From positions 1-62,037 of the forward strand of contig CAXTYC010000030.1 of assembly GCA_964248365.1 (NCBI GenBank): a stretch of 62,037 bases of DNA, given 5' to 3'. Source of the stretch: an uncultured Chroococcidiopsis sp. GTDB lineage: Bacteria; Cyanobacteriota; Cyanobacteriia; Cyanobacteriales; Chroococcidiopsidaceae. The notes below the pieces were generated by a model, which was not told the origin of the DNA, searched no databases, and worked only from the letters and a program-made list of their open reading frames with translations. Every line of letters starts with the position of its first letter. Position 1 is the stretch's first letter. A program made the translations under genes and the position numbers. Of this stretch, positions 49,576 to 60,684 are shown piece by piece.

Positions 49576-49899
49576 ATGGGATTTTTTGACTCTGATATAG
49601 TTCAGCAAGAAGCCAAACAGCTGTTTGAAGATTATCAAGCTCTGATCAAGCTGGGTAGTAACTACGGAAAATTTGACCGTGAAGGCAAAAAGCTATTTAT
49701 TGGGCAGATGGAAGAGATGATGGAGCGCTACCGCATTTTTATGAAGCGCTTTGAACTTTCTGAAGATTTCATGGCTCAAATGACCGTAGAACAGCTTAGA
49801 ACTCAGCTAAATCAATTTGGCATCACTCCTCAGCAAATGTTCGACCAAATGCACAGCACTTTGGAGCGGATGAAAGCGGAGTTGGAAAAACAACCTTAA
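49576..49899 (+). CDS. DUF1825-family cyanobacterial protein
   Basis: MGFFDSDIVQQEAKQLFEDYQ..YGKFDREGK..RFELSEDF. Confidence 0.85.
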   Translation: MGFFDSDIVQQEAKQLFEDYQALIKLGSNYGKFDREGKKLFIGQMEEMMERYRIFMKRFELSEDFMAQMTVEQLRTQLNQFGITPQQMFDQMHSTLERMKAELEKQP

Positions 49900-50095
49900 C
49901 TAGGGGCTAGGGGTTGGGGGCTAGAGGAACCAGAGGAACCAGAGGCTAGAAGAACTAGAGGAACCAGAGGAATCAGAAAAAAGGTAAAGAGGTTAAGCGA
50001 TAAAGGTAATTCGTAATTCGTAATTCGTAATTAATGATTCTCCCCTTGCGCCCCTCTGCCCTCTTCTAGCCCCCAGCCCCTAGCCCCTAGCCCCT

Positions 50096-52003
50096 CTAGT
50101 TGGGGCGATCAAATTTAGAAGCAGGTTTAAAGTATTGTACGGGAACATCCTTCAAGACTTGGGACATGAAACTTCGCCAAATCGGTGCGACAAAAGCGCC
50201 ACCTGTAGCACCTTTGCCTAAAGGTCTGTAATTGTCGTTTCCTACCCAAACAGCAGTTGCTAATTGTGGGACATAACCCACAAACCAAATATCTCGTTCT
50301 GAAGATGTTGTTCCTGTCTTCCCAGCTGCTTGGCGATCAATTTGGGCTGCTTTACCAGTACCGTTATTGATTACACCTTGCATTACATTGGTCAGTGTAG
50401 CAGCAGCCCAAGGCTCAAGTACTAAACGAGGCTTGGGAGTATTGTCTAGTAAGACGTTACCACTACTATCCGTCACGCGGACAATTACTGTTGGGGGAGA
50501 CTGCCAGCCATAATTGGCGATCGTAGCATAAGCGCTAACCATTTCCAAAGGAGTTACACCAATTGCCCCCAACGGTAAAGAAGGCACTGGTTCCATTGGG
50601 CTATTGATACCCAAGCTGCGGCAAGTTTCAATCACTTTATTCATACCCACAGCGCTGCCAATTTTAACAGCTGGGATGTTGCGAGATACTTCCAAGGCGT
50701 GGCGAACCGTCATTGGACCATTGAACGAGTTATCATAATTTTTGGGAGTCCAGATTCCCCCAGGAATTCGATAGCTTACTGGGTTATCATCCACAATCGA
50801 GTCAGGCGTAAACTTCCCAGAGGCAAAAGCAGTGTAGTAAACAAATGGCTTAAAGGCAGAGCCTGGCTGACGGCGTGCCTGAGTGGCTCGGTTGAATTGA
50901 CTTTTCTTGTAATCAACACCACCTACCAATGCCTTGATGAAATGAGTACGCGGATCAACAGCAACTAGAGCCATTTGATCGGCACGAACTCCTTGTCCAC
51001 GAATGGTATTATGCCAAGTGGCTACGGTTTCTTCTGCGATGCGTTGCATCTTGCTATCAACAGTAGTTTGAACCCGCATCCCGCCTTTTAGTACTGCATC
51101 CAGCCCAAATCGCTGTTCTAACTCCTGTGCGGCTGCATTCGTTACATAAGGCATGGTGCTGGCTTGAAACGATTGAATTTTGCCTAGCTTAATTGTTTGT
51201 TGTCTAGCTGCGGCTTCTTCTTGGGGCGTAATCCATCCTAGCTCCAGCATCCGGCTTAAAACAGTTTGTTGCCGCTGTTTCGCCAGCTTCATATTCAGGA
51301 ATGGACTGTAGTTTGTCGGGGCTTGAATCAGCCCTGCCATCATCGCTGACTCAGCCAAGTTTAAATCTGCTGCTGACTTACCAAAGTAACTGCGAGCGGC
51401 TGTTTCGACACCATAGTTATTATGACCCCAATAAACTTGATTGAGGTACAGTTCCAAAATCTGGTCTTTGGTTAGAATTTGCTCTAACCGGACTGCCAAT
51501 ACTGCTTCTGCTATTTTACGGCTAAACTTACGCTGCTGCGACAAAAAAATGTTTTTTACTAGCTGCATGGTAAGAGTAGAACCGCCTTCAGCAACTCCAC
51601 CCCGCTGCCAGTTGACTAAAACAGCACGACCTATACTAGTAAAATTAATACCGTGATGAGAATAAAAGTTGCTATCTTCGATCGCCATCACAGCCCGTTT
51701 CAAATCAGGCGAAATTTTATCTAAGGGTACAACTTCGCGGTTAGCTTCACCGTGAGCGCTAGCTAGTACTTTGCCTTTAATATCGTAAAAATAGGTTGTT
51801 TCTGAGGGAATATAGTTACGTAAAACTCTAACATCCGGTAGGTTGCGAAAGCTTATTGCTAACCCAACCAGTCCCCCAGCTACAACGGCACTAGTCAACA
51901 TGGTGGCGGCTAGTAGAGTACCACCAGTAACCTGAGTGACTCCTTTAGCAAATTCCCAGCCTGGTGATGAGTATCTTGGTTTTTTTTGAACAATAGACGA
52001 CAC
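50096..52003 (-). CDS. Class A penicillin-binding protein (PBP1A family)
   Basis: AIEDSNFY, GGSTLTMQL, RKIAE (transglycosylase); PGSAFKP (SxxK), SRN, GKTGT (transpeptidase). Confidence 0.95.
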   Translation of the reverse strand: MSSIVQKKPRYSSPGWEFAKGVTQVTGGTLLAATMLTSAVVAGGLVGLAISFRNLPDVRVLRNYIPSETTYFYDIKGKVLASAHGEANREVVPLDKISPDLKRAVMAIEDSNFYSHHGINFTSIGRAVLVNWQRGGVAEGGSTLTMQLVKNIFLSQQRKFSRKIAEAVLAVRLEQILTKDQILELYLNQVYWGHNNYGVETAARSYFGKSAADLNLAESAMMAGLIQAPTNYSPFLNMKLAKQRQQTVLSRMLELGWITPQEEAAARQQTIKLGKIQSFQASTMPYVTNAAAQELEQRFGLDAVLKGGMRVQTTVDSKMQRIAEETVATWHNTIRGQGVRADQMALVAVDPRTHFIKALVGGVDYKKSQFNRATQARRQPGSAFKPFVYYTAFASGKFTPDSIVDDNPVSYRIPGGIWTPKNYDNSFNGPMTVRHALEVSRNIPAVKIGSAVGMNKVIETCRSLGINSPMEPVPSLPLGAIGVTPLEMVSAYATIANYGWQSPPTVIVRVTDSSGNVLLDNTPKPRLVLEPWAAATLTNVMQGVINNGTGKAAQIDRQAAGKTGTTSSERDIWFVGYVPQLATAVWVGNDNYRPLGKGATGGAFVAPIWRSFMSQVLKDVPVQYFKPASKFDRPN

Positions 52004-52116
52004 GACGGTTTGACTTCCTCACTTGTAGCTAAGGGCGTTAATTTGATGCGCGATCGCAAAAATGGGCAGATAATTTTGTCACTATAGTAATCTGACGATT
52101 GAGCTATTGAGAAGAA

Positions 52117-53391
52117 TTGCGAGTGAGCGTAACTAATTTTACTTCCCTAGTGCATGACTTAGCTTCTGGTAATTCTGCCCCTCTCGCGCCAGGTATTAAT
52201 TGGCTGCGTCGCGGCGTTAGTGATATTTTTCCCGATCAGGCTGATTCTAACAATCCATCTGATAACCTGGAGTATCTGCTATTAACTACCAACCGACCTT
52301 TGCGAGTCAAGCTAGGAATTGACCCTACTGGGGCTGACATTCACCTCGGTCATAGTATTCCAGTGCGGAAATTGCGATCGTTTCAAGATGCTGGGCATAC
52401 AGCAGTTTTAATTATTGGTGATTTTACCGCTAGAATAGGCGATCCGACAGGCAAGTCAGAAGTACGCCGCCAACTAACAGAGGAAGTTGTAGCACAAAAT
52501 GCCAAAAGTTATTTAGATCAAGTGCGTCCAATTTTGGATTTTGACACGCCAGGAAGATTGGAGGTGCACTGCAACTCAGAATGGTTATCAAAGCTTGATC
52601 TAGCCAAAATATTAGAATTGTTGTCTACTATGACTGTAGGGCAAATGCTCGCAAAGGAAGGATTTGCCGAACGCTACCTAAATGAAAATCCTATCTATCT
52701 ACATGAGTTCCTCTACCCAATCATGCAGGGTTATGATTCTGTTGCAGTGAATGCTGATGTGGAATTGGGCGGTACAGACCAAAAATTTAACATTGCTGTT
52801 GGGCGAGATTTGCAGCGACATTTTGGGCAAAAGCCTCAGTTTGGTGTGCTATTACCGATTTTGATTGGCACTGATGGAACGCAGAAAATGTCAAAATCTC
52901 TGGGAAACTATGTGGGAGTATCGGAAGATCCGCTTTCGATGTATTCCAAGCTGGAGAAGATCCCCGACCATCTACTGATGCAGTATTTTGAGCTATTGAC
53001 AAATTTACCTTTAGATGCGTTGCCAGAACAGCCACGCGATCGCCAAAAACTTCTCGCAGTCGATATTGTTTCCCAATATTACGGCATAGAAGCAGCACAA
53101 AAAGCGCAGCAAGCAGCTATGTCTCTAGTTGGGGGAAATACAAAAGATACATCTGCTGTACCAGAATTTTCTTTATCTGGGGTACAGTTCCCTGCTAAGT
53201 TGTTTTATATTCTCAGTGCTAGTGGTTTGTGCCAAAGTAGCTCAGAAGCTCGCAGGCAGATTCAAGGAGGAGCAGTTAGACTCGATGGCGATCGCCTCAC
53301 CCAGGTAGATATTACCTTTGATTCACCAACTGACCTAGATGGAAAAGTTCTACAAGTTGGGAAAAACAAATTTATTCGCTTAGTTATGTAG
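52117..53391 (+). CDS. tyrS: Tyrosine--tRNA ligase
   Basis: [33 protein letters not shown]-terminal S4-like domain. Confidence 0.97.
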   Translation: MRVSVTNFTSLVHDLASGNSAPLAPGINWLRRGVSDIFPDQADSNNPSDNLEYLLLTTNRPLRVKLGIDPTGADIHLGHSIPVRKLRSFQDAGHTAVLIIGDFTARIGDPTGKSEVRRQLTEEVVAQNAKSYLDQVRPILDFDTPGRLEVHCNSEWLSKLDLAKILELLSTMTVGQMLAKEGFAERYLNENPIYLHEFLYPIMQGYDSVAVNADVELGGTDQKFNIAVGRDLQRHFGQKPQFGVLLPILIGTDGTQKMSKSLGNYVGVSEDPLSMYSKLEKIPDHLLMQYFELLTNLPLDALPEQPRDRQKLLAVDIVSQYYGIEAAQKAQQAAMSLVGGNTKDTSAVPEFSLSGVQFPAKLFYILSASGLCQSSSEARRQIQGGAVRLDGDRLTQVDITFDSPTDLDGKVLQVGKNKFIRLVM

Positions 53392-53444
53392 GTAGTTGGT
53401 AATTGGTAGTTGGTAAAAGGGAAAAGGGAAAAGGGGAAAGGATT

Positions 53445-53482
<38 letters not shown>

Positions 53483-53569
53483 AATAGTTAATTCTTCATC
53501 TCCCCTGAACCCACTCTCCCCTGAACCCACTCTCCCCCTCGCCCCTGATTCCCCCTCGCCCCTTTTAAA

Positions 53570-54289
53570 ATGTCAATCACAGATCGAATTATCGTTCCTT
53601 TAGATGTACCGACAAAAGAAGCAGCGATCGCCCAGGTCGAAAAGCTGCCTCAAGTGAGTTTTTGGAAGGTTGGCTTAGAGCTATTTGTTAGCAGTGGGGC
53701 TGAAATTTTAACCACATTGAAGCAAAGGCAAAAGCGGATATTTCTAGATCTAAAACTTCACGATATCCCTAATACTGTTGCAGGGGCTTGTCGCGGGGCT
53801 AGTCGTTATGGAGTTGATTTACTCACAATCCATGCTGCTGCTGGTAGAGATGCATTGAATGAAGCGACAAGAGGTGTGCAAGAGGGGGCGCTTGAGGCTG
53901 GAGTTTCACCACCCAAGTTGATTGCAATTACACTACTAACAAGTATTTCCACAAGACAACTTGCTTTTGATTTAAAAATTCCGCTAGAGTTACCAGAATA
54001 TGCCTTACAAATGGCATTACTTGCTCAAGAATCAGGACTAGATGGGGCAGTTTGTTCACCGCAGGAAGTAGAACAATTGCGACAGACGTGTGGTGATGAC
54101 TTTCTACTTGTTTGTCCTGGGGTGCGTCCGAGTTGGGCAGAAGTGGGAGATCAAAAGCGATCGCTTACTCCAGCACAAGCGATCGCAGCAGGTGCTGATT
54201 ACCTAGTTATTGGGCGACCGATTACGGCGGCATCTGAACCTCAATCAGCTTGGAACCGAATTTGCGATGAGCTAGCAGCTGTTTTATGA
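53570..54289 (+). CDS. pyrF: Orotidine-5'-phosphate decarboxylase
   Basis: [34 protein letters not shown]. Confidence 0.97.
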   Translation: MSITDRIIVPLDVPTKEAAIAQVEKLPQVSFWKVGLELFVSSGAEILTTLKQRQKRIFLDLKLHDIPNTVAGACRGASRYGVDLLTIHAAAGRDALNEATRGVQEGALEAGVSPPKLIAITLLTSISTRQLAFDLKIPLELPEYALQMALLAQESGLDGAVCSPQEVEQLRQTCGDDFLLVCPGVRPSWAEVGDQKRSLTPAQAIAAGADYLVIGRPITAASEPQSAWNRICDELAAVL

Positions 54290-54993
54290 AGTCAGAATTT
54301 AGGCAACGGCTGAGCATTGCCTTGCTCGTACACAATTCAGAATTTAGGAGACACAAGAAGACGAAACTCGAAAGTCGAAAGTCGAAATTTTTTTCAATCA
54401 CTTCTTGCTTCCTGCTTCTTGCCTCTTGCCTATTATCGTTTACCCCTGTACGAGCGGGTTTATCAAACACACCTGTGAAACGACAAATAACTCGGTTGAA
54501 CCCGCCCTTACCAATTTTTACCGCAATGTCTCGCAATTGCCAAAATGAAGATTTAGAGACATTAATCAATCAATTATTGACAGATTTACCTGGGTATGCA
54601 AATCGGGCAAGTCAACGCGCCCGCCGTCTTAGCAGAAAAAGTGACTTTTACACTTATGTGCTTGTAGCTGGACATCCAGAGTTTGCCCCTTTAACGCTAG
54701 GTCCTGGTGTTTATGCCCCTAAACAAACAACTAATTCCCAAGTCAAGCAGGTATTTTTTACCACATTAGAACGACAATATACAGGTGGTCAAGCAATTGA
54801 ATTACAGCAATTTCATTGGGTGTTTTTAACTAAAACTGGAAGCGGTTGGCGTTTAGCAACGATATTTTCTCAAATTGGGGGTTATCCAGCTAAAAAGCCC
54901 CCCACACCGCCAAGAGAAAGTAGTGATGGAGTAATTGCCCAAGCAATTAATCTTTGGTTAAGGGATTGTCAAGCCAGAACTACTAGGGGCTAG
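54286..54993 (+). CDS. Conserved cyanobacterial hypothetical (probably exported) protein with repeat-derived N-terminus
   Basis: Core C....[11 protein letters not shown]...[11 protein letters not shown]...WLRDC; 4-nt overlap with pyrF; REP copy at 54448-54511 in frame. Confidence 0.75.
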   Translation: MKSEFRQRLSIALLVHNSEFRRHKKTKLESRKSKFFSITSCFLLLASCLLSFTPVRAGLSNTPVKRQITRLNPPLPIFTAMSRNCQNEDLETLINQLLTDLPGYANRASQRARRLSRKSDFYTYVLVAGHPEFAPLTLGPGVYAPKQTTNSQVKQVFFTTLERQYTGGQAIELQQFHWVFLTKTGSGWRLATIFSQIGGYPAKKPPTPPRESSDGVIAQAINLWLRDCQARTTRG

Positions 54994-55102
54994 AGGAAGA
55001 GGAGGGGGAGAGGGGGGGAAAGAGAGGGGGTTTGAATACTTCCCCTTGTTCCCTTGTCCCTGCCTTCAGCTTCCCCAGCTGCCCCAGCTTTCTTTTGTCC
55101 CT

Positions 55103-55804
55103 CTAGCCTCCAGTTCCTGTAATTTCGTCTAATTTTGCTCGTACAGTCTGAATATCCTGCCACATCAACCATTTAGGGCTACCTTGTTCGCGGGATGGGT
55201 TGCGTAGCAGATAGGCTGGGTGAAAAATTGGCATACACAAACGCCCTTCCCACTCAATCCAAGTTCCACGAATCTTTGTAATACCTCTTTTATCGCCAGT
55301 TAAACCTTTAACCGCAGTTGCACCAGTAAAAAGAATTATTTTTGGATCTACCAGGCGAATTTGCTCTAACAGGTAAGGAATGCAAGCTGCTATTTCTTCA
55401 TTCGTAGGAACACGATTACCTGGCGGACGGCATTTGACGATGTTGCAAATATATATATCTTCTTCAGTATTCAATTTTACTGACGCTAAGATTTTATCTA
55501 GCAGCTGTCCAGATTTGCCCACAAATGGCAATCCTGTTTCATCTTCGTTTTGCCCTGGTGCTTCTCCCACAATCATAATCGGTGCTTGGAGATTACCGCG
55601 TCCGACTACAGCATGAGTGCGAGTCTCTCCTAAGCCACAGCGATGGCACACATTACAATGCTGCGCCAGCTCTACCATGCTGGGATAAGTGCCAGAAGGA
55701 ATGGGAATTTTAGCACTGGTGGGAATTAGATTCGGTTGAGACAAAGATGCTTGCTCTGAGACAGCCTCGCCGTTAAAGAGGCTCAGTTGGTCATCGCTAG
55801 ACAT
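55103..55804 (-). CDS. udg: Uracil-DNA glycosylase, family 4 (Fe-S)
   Basis: CHRC, GEAPG, GLPFVG, KCRPP.NR, C, HPAYLLR; ATG at 55804. Confidence 0.94.
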   Translation of the reverse strand: MSSDDQLSLFNGEAVSEQASLSQPNLIPTSAKIPIPSGTYPSMVELAQHCNVCHRCGLGETRTHAVVGRGNLQAPIMIVGEAPGQNEDETGLPFVGKSGQLLDKILASVKLNTEEDIYICNIVKCRPPGNRVPTNEEIAACIPYLLEQIRLVDPKIILFTGATAVKGLTGDKRGITKIRGTWIEWEGRLCMPIFHPAYLLRNPSREQGSPKWLMWQDIQTVRAKLDEITGTGG

Positions 55805-55941
55805 GGCGATCGCTTGTAACTGTACTAGGAATTCCAATTTTAGCGAAATAGTGGCTACCTTCGAGCGATCGCCCTAAGGTTAATTTGGTGAAAAATCGCT
55901 GATGATAGAATCAGGAGCGCCGCCTCAAGCCGAGGTAAAAT

Positions 55942-56628
55942 ATGTCACCTGCTATTATTTTGCGCGATCGCATTGATGCCGGAGAGCGATTAGCTCAAGA
56001 AATTCACCGGATTTTCACCCAAATCGCAGATTCTAATGTTGCACCTCGCCCAATTGTGTACGCCCTACCCAGAGGAGGATTACCAGTAGCATTACCAATA
56101 GCGCGTTTACTACAATGCCCTTTGGATATCGTCGTAGCAAAAAAGATTAGCCATCCTAAAAACCCAGAATTAGCAATTGGCGCGGTGACAGCAGATGGTA
56201 ACATTCTCTGGTCAGAGGAAACGCCAATGAATCTGCGTAATTCTCAAGAGGGAGAAGGAGCGCTGACACAAGCCATCAACAAAGCCAATTCGCAGCTAGC
56301 ACAATTAACTCCAGGTCGTCCCCAATTTAATCATAAAGGTGCGTTAGCCATTTTAGTTGATGATGGAATTGCTACAGGTATGACGATAAATGTAGCAGCA
56401 AAGGCTTTGAGAGCGCAAAACTTTGCCCAAATCTGGATTGTAGCTCCAGTTGCACCTTGGGGTTTGTTACCAGAATTAGAACAGTGGGGCGATCGTATTA
56501 TCTTACTTGCAGCTCCCAAATCTTTCCTTAGTGTCAGTCGCTTTTACGCCGAATTTCCTCAAGTTGAAATCGAGTCAGCACTTGCTTGTCTTGAGCAACA
56601 AAAACAGTGGCTAGTGGCTAGGGGCTAG
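55942..56628 (+). CDS. Phosphoribosyltransferase-family protein
   Basis: DRIDAG, LPRGG, ELAIGA, LVDDGIATG PRPP-binding loop. Confidence 0.92.
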   Translation: MSPAIILRDRIDAGERLAQEIHRIFTQIADSNVAPRPIVYALPRGGLPVALPIARLLQCPLDIVVAKKISHPKNPELAIGAVTADGNILWSEETPMNLRNSQEGEGALTQAINKANSQLAQLTPGRPQFNHKGALAILVDDGIATGMTINVAAKALRAQNFAQIWIVAPVAPWGLLPELEQWGDRIILLAAPKSFLSVSRFYAEFPQVEIESALACLEQQKQWLVARG

Positions 56629-56803
56629 GGGCAAGAGTTGTATGAAGTATGAAGTATGAAGTATGAAGTGTGAAGTATGAAGGATGAAGCAATTAACAAT
56701 TATCAATGAACAATAAACAATTGATAATTGATTTCCCTTTTCCCTTTTCCCTTTTACCTTTTACCAACTACCAATTACCAATTACCAATAAGGAGGATTA
56801 TTC

Positions 56804-57466
56804 GTGCAAAGAGTGCTTGAACCAGAAGTTATGGACAGTTGGCAAGAGGCTGTTGATTATGACGCGATGGACTTTTTGGAAGTAAATACCGCCTTTGCTC
56901 AAAGAGTAAGTGAGTTAGCGCCCCTTGCAGCGAAAATTCTCGATGCTGGTACTGGTACGGCTAGGATTCCGATTTTACTTTGCCAGCGATGCCCCCAATG
57001 GCAAGTGTATGGCATCGACCTAGCAGAAAATATGTTAAAAATTGGTTTCCAGAATGTTGAGAAAGCTGGCTTGCAAGACTCTATTAAGCTGGAATTAGTG
57101 GATGCTAAGCAGCTACCTTACCAGGATGGACAATTTAATATGGTCATCTCCAATAGTCTTGTACATCACTTGCCCAATCCTTTACCCTTTTTCTTGGAAC
57201 TAAAGCGAGTGCTGCAACCTGGGGGAGCTATCTGCATCCGAGATTTACTACGACCATGCGATGAGGCGATAATGAATCGTCTGGTTGAGAGTATTGGTAC
57301 AGAATACAACGACCATCAGAAAAAGTTATTCCGTGATTCTCTCCACGCTGCGCTCACAATAGATGAGGTAAATCAGCTAATTTCCCAAGCTGGTATAGAA
57401 GGGGTAAAGGTTTATCAATCATCAGACCGACATTGGACAGCAGAAAAGGCGTGGGGATCTGCATAG
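56804..57466 (+). CDS. Class I SAM-dependent methyltransferase
   Basis: LEPEVMD, LDAGTGTA, IDLAENML, SNSLVHH; AGGAGG RBS. Confidence 0.92.
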   Translation: MQRVLEPEVMDSWQEAVDYDAMDFLEVNTAFAQRVSELAPLAAKILDAGTGTARIPILLCQRCPQWQVYGIDLAENMLKIGFQNVEKAGLQDSIKLELVDAKQLPYQDGQFNMVISNSLVHHLPNPLPFFLELKRVLQPGGAICIRDLLRPCDEAIMNRLVESIGTEYNDHQKKLFRDSLHAALTIDEVNQLISQAGIEGVKVYQSSDRHWTAEKAWGSA

Positions 57467-57525
57467 GGTAAAAATATTACTCATTGAGGTAGCTTCAGGG
57501 GCAGGGGGGACAAGGAGGAGAAAGA

Positions 57526-58659
57526 TTGGATATATATAAATTTGCAATTAGACCAGTTTTATTCAATGGCTTAAAAGCTGACCCAGAATTACTACATCAG
57601 CAAACCATGAGCTTTCTAGGCTGGTTAGAGAAAAACCGCGATCGCTCCCCTGCAAAACAAGTGCTAGCTCAATTACAACGAGCTTTTTGCTTCAATGATA
57701 TTCGTTTAGCACAAAAACTGTGGAAAGTCAACTTTCCCAATCCTTTGGGTTTAGCTGCTGGGTTTGATAAAGATGGTGTTGCTGCTAGTGTTTGGTCAAG
57801 TCTTGGCTTTGGTTTTGCCGAACTAGGAACAGTGACATTGCACTCTCAAGCGGGGAATCCCCAACCTCGCTTGTTTCGGTTGCCACACGATTTAGCTGCC
57901 CTCAACCGGATGGGTTTTAATAATGAGGGAGCCGCTGCAATGGCAACACGACTGGCGCAAGGACAAACGCGCCGCTCGTCTCCGATTGGCGTTAACTTGG
58001 GTAAATCTAAAGTTACACCTTTGGATACAGCAGCAGCAGATTATCTTGGTAGCTTTCGACTGCTGAAAGATTGGGGAGACTATTTTGTTGTCAATGTGTC
58101 TTCACCCAATACACCTGGATTGCGATCGCTCCAAGATGCGGATCAATTGAGTTTGATTTTAGATGCTCTACAACAGGAAAATCAAGGTGAAAAGCCAATT
58201 TTGGTGAAGATTGCCCCAGACTTGGAATGGGAGGCGATCGCTGATATCCTAGCCATTGCCAAAACCTACCAATTGGCTGGAATTATTGCCACTAACACGA
58301 CTATCCGCCGCGATGGTTTGAATACTTTGGTGATTGCAAAGACTGGTAAGCCTGTACGAGAAGAAGCAGGGGGAATTAGCGGCGTACCCGTACGCGAAAG
58401 ATCCACAGAAGTTATCCGTTTTATTTGGCAACAAACTCAAGGACAGCTACCCATTATTGGCGTGGGTGGGATTTTTACAGCTGTTGATGCTTGGGAAAAA
58501 ATCACAGCTGGTGCTAGCCTTGTTCAGGTTTACACAGGCTGGACCTACGAAGGACCTTTGATGGTCAGCCGCATCTTGGCAGGGCTGCTGCAAAAGTTGG
58601 AAGAACGAGGCTTGTCTTCTATTTCTCAAGCAGTCGGGATTGAGGGGGCTAGGGACTAG
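57526..58659 (+). CDS. pyrD: Quinone-dependent dihydroorotate dehydrogenase
   Basis: [43 protein letters not shown]. Confidence 0.97.
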   Translation: MDIYKFAIRPVLFNGLKADPELLHQQTMSFLGWLEKNRDRSPAKQVLAQLQRAFCFNDIRLAQKLWKVNFPNPLGLAAGFDKDGVAASVWSSLGFGFAELGTVTLHSQAGNPQPRLFRLPHDLAALNRMGFNNEGAAAMATRLAQGQTRRSSPIGVNLGKSKVTPLDTAAADYLGSFRLLKDWGDYFVVNVSSPNTPGLRSLQDADQLSLILDALQQENQGEKPILVKIAPDLEWEAIADILAIAKTYQLAGIIATNTTIRRDGLNTLVIAKTGKPVREEAGGISGVPVRERSTEVIRFIWQQTQGQLPIIGVGGIFTAVDAWEKITAGASLVQVYTGWTYEGPLMVSRILAGLLQKLEERGLSSISQAVGIEGARD

Positions 58660-58784
58660 GGGCTAGGGGCTAGAGGAAGAGGAGGGGGAGAGGGGGAAGT
58701 CGCGCATTCGGAATTACCTTTTCCCTTTTCCCGAGTCCCTTTTCCCTTTTCCCTTTTTTTTCCCTAGCCCCTAGTTCCTAGCCC

Positions 58785-59633
58785 CTAAGTGCCTTCTTCC
58801 ACTGGCTGAAACTCCTTGGTTTTTCGTGAAAATTTCCATGCAATACCATCAGGATCTTTGCCTCTGCTCCATTCGGGGAAATCTGGATCATCTCTGCGTT
58901 TATAAACAGTACTTGAATAGACGTTGAGCCGTTTGGCAAGTTCTGACTGAATCAAAGATTTCGGAACGGATAAGGTGTGATCGAGTGGTTCTAAGTGCTG
59001 GGAAGTATCGGATGAAGACGAGGATGCGATCGCATCTGGTTGAATAGAGCTATCTGGGCTAGAAGTAACACTCGCGATCGCATCTGGTTGAATAGAGCTA
59101 TCTAGGCTAGAAGTAATAGCTTCTGAAGCTATTACTTGCATTGACTGTGATTCATCTTTCAAACCTTTATCCAAGGTTTGGACAGGGATTTGCCCTAAAT
59201 TATCACTTTTTTCCTCCAGTTGCTCAGATTCAATCGGTGGTTCACTCTGATCGAGTATGTTACCCAAAATGCTGGAGGTAATGAAGTAATACACCGTTCC
59301 ACAGTCTTCATAGTTTTGCCGAGATGCTCCAAATTCTTCAGCTTTGCTATCGAGATACTTTTTTGCTACTGCGGCAGAAAAGTTTCCCTTCATTGCCAAG
59401 TCCAAAGGGGTAACGCGACCTTGGGTTGCCTGGATTAACTGATGAAACATCGGGTTGACTTGTTGGCTCCATTGCTGCCATCGACGGTGCTGCCAAACTT
59501 TGAAACTAATGCTTAACACTATTAGTCCCAGTAGCACAGGCCAAGTTGCAAATAGGAAAACAATCACAAACGCGAGCGGCAATAGTATGACAAGAAATGT
59601 ATCAGCGCTGCTGTCTATAGATTTTTCATTCAT
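58785..59633 (-). CDS. Membrane-anchored hypothetical protein with HTH-like C-terminus and an internal 16-codon duplication
   Basis: N-terminal TM segments; LIQSELAKRLNVYSSTVYKRR C-terminal motif; ATG at 59633/59639 (track start 59663). Confidence 0.75.
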   Translation of the reverse strand: MNEKSIDSSADTFLVILLPLAFVIVFLFATWPVLLGLIVLSISFKVWQHRRWQQWSQQVNPMFHQLIQATQGRVTPLDLAMKGNFSAAVAKKYLDSKAEEFGASRQNYEDCGTVYYFITSSILGNILDQSEPPIESEQLEEKSDNLGQIPVQTLDKGLKDESQSMQVIASEAITSSLDSSIQPDAIASVTSSPDSSIQPDAIASSSSSDTSQHLEPLDHTLSVPKSLIQSELAKRLNVYSSTVYKRRDDPDFPEWSRGKDPDGIAWKFSRKTKEFQPVEEGT

Positions 59634-59900
59634 GACCATTTTGGCAAAATTACTTGCAGGCAAATGATTATAATCTTGGCAAAAATTGCGGCAAATAATT
59701 TATCAGCGTTAAAAATTGTGATTGTCTTTTGCCGACTAATACTTAGGCGGCTGGCAATGCCGACCTTCTGTACAAAACAGATGCTTGAAAATTTGCCTAC
59801 TCCATTTCCCAGATTTGCCCACAGACTCAAGCTCACCTCAACTTTGCCTAAGTCAAGATAGCATGGCTATAGCTTCAAATCTGTGCTAGAGAGCATCCCT

Positions 59901-60455
59901 ATGAGTTTAACCGTCAAACATTTGGAGCAGTTGCAAGAAATACTGCAAGAAAAGCATCTCGATTACCGGATGGAACTGGAAGACGGGAAGATTATAATTA
60001 TGGGACCATCAGACGTTTATTCCAGTGAAATAGGTATCCGCTTTAGTTGGCTACTGATGAACTGGGTTGCACCCCGCAATCTAGGGCGTGTTTTTGATTC
60101 CAGTGGCGGATTTATCTTACCTAATACAGACCTAAAAGCACCTGATGTCTCCTTTGTTCGTGCCGAACGTCTTTGGCAAAGTCCCCGCTACTTTGCCCAG
60201 ATGGTTCCTGACTTAATAGTAGAGATTAAATCTCAAAGTGATCGAATTAAGCCTTTACAAGAGGAAGTCCAGCTATTCCTCACAATGGGTGCGCAAATCA
60301 GAATACTCATTGACCCAGAGCAACTAACTGTTACAATTTATCGCCCAAATGGTAATCGGGTAGTATTAACTAACACCGATAAACTCGAAATTCCTGAACT
60401 ACTTGCAGGTTGGGAAATTCCAGTTGCGGAAATTTGGCCCCCCGTCTTTGAATAA
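59901..60455 (+). CDS. Uma2-family protein
   Basis: MELEDG, FDSSGGF, APDVSFV, PDLIVEIKS, LIDPE; ATG at 59901. Confidence 0.92.
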   Translation: MSLTVKHLEQLQEILQEKHLDYRMELEDGKIIIMGPSDVYSSEIGIRFSWLLMNWVAPRNLGRVFDSSGGFILPNTDLKAPDVSFVRAERLWQSPRYFAQMVPDLIVEIKSQSDRIKPLQEEVQLFLTMGAQIRILIDPEQLTVTIYRPNGNRVVLTNTDKLEIPELLAGWEIPVAEIWPPVFE

Positions 60456-60634
60456 AAACTTATTTCAGAGTCCAGAGGTACGAGGCGCTCGTGCGAGAGG
60501 CTAACCCCATAAATGAATCGTCGTGGTTGAATAATGAAAGGACTTGCATCACATCCTCCACAAATAAAGGCGAGAGGCACGAGGAAAAACATCTACTAAT
60601 AACATAAATCACCGAAACAAACAAAAAATCTAGC

Positions 60635-60676
60635 CTCTGGTTCCTCTGGTTCCTCTGGTTCCTCTGGTTCCTCTAG
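60635..60676 (+). repeat. Nonamer tandem array (CCTCTGGTT)n
   Basis: About four units; reverse-complement (AGAGGAACC)n array at 49923-49975. Confidence 0.8.
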
Positions 60677-60684
60677 CCTTTTGG

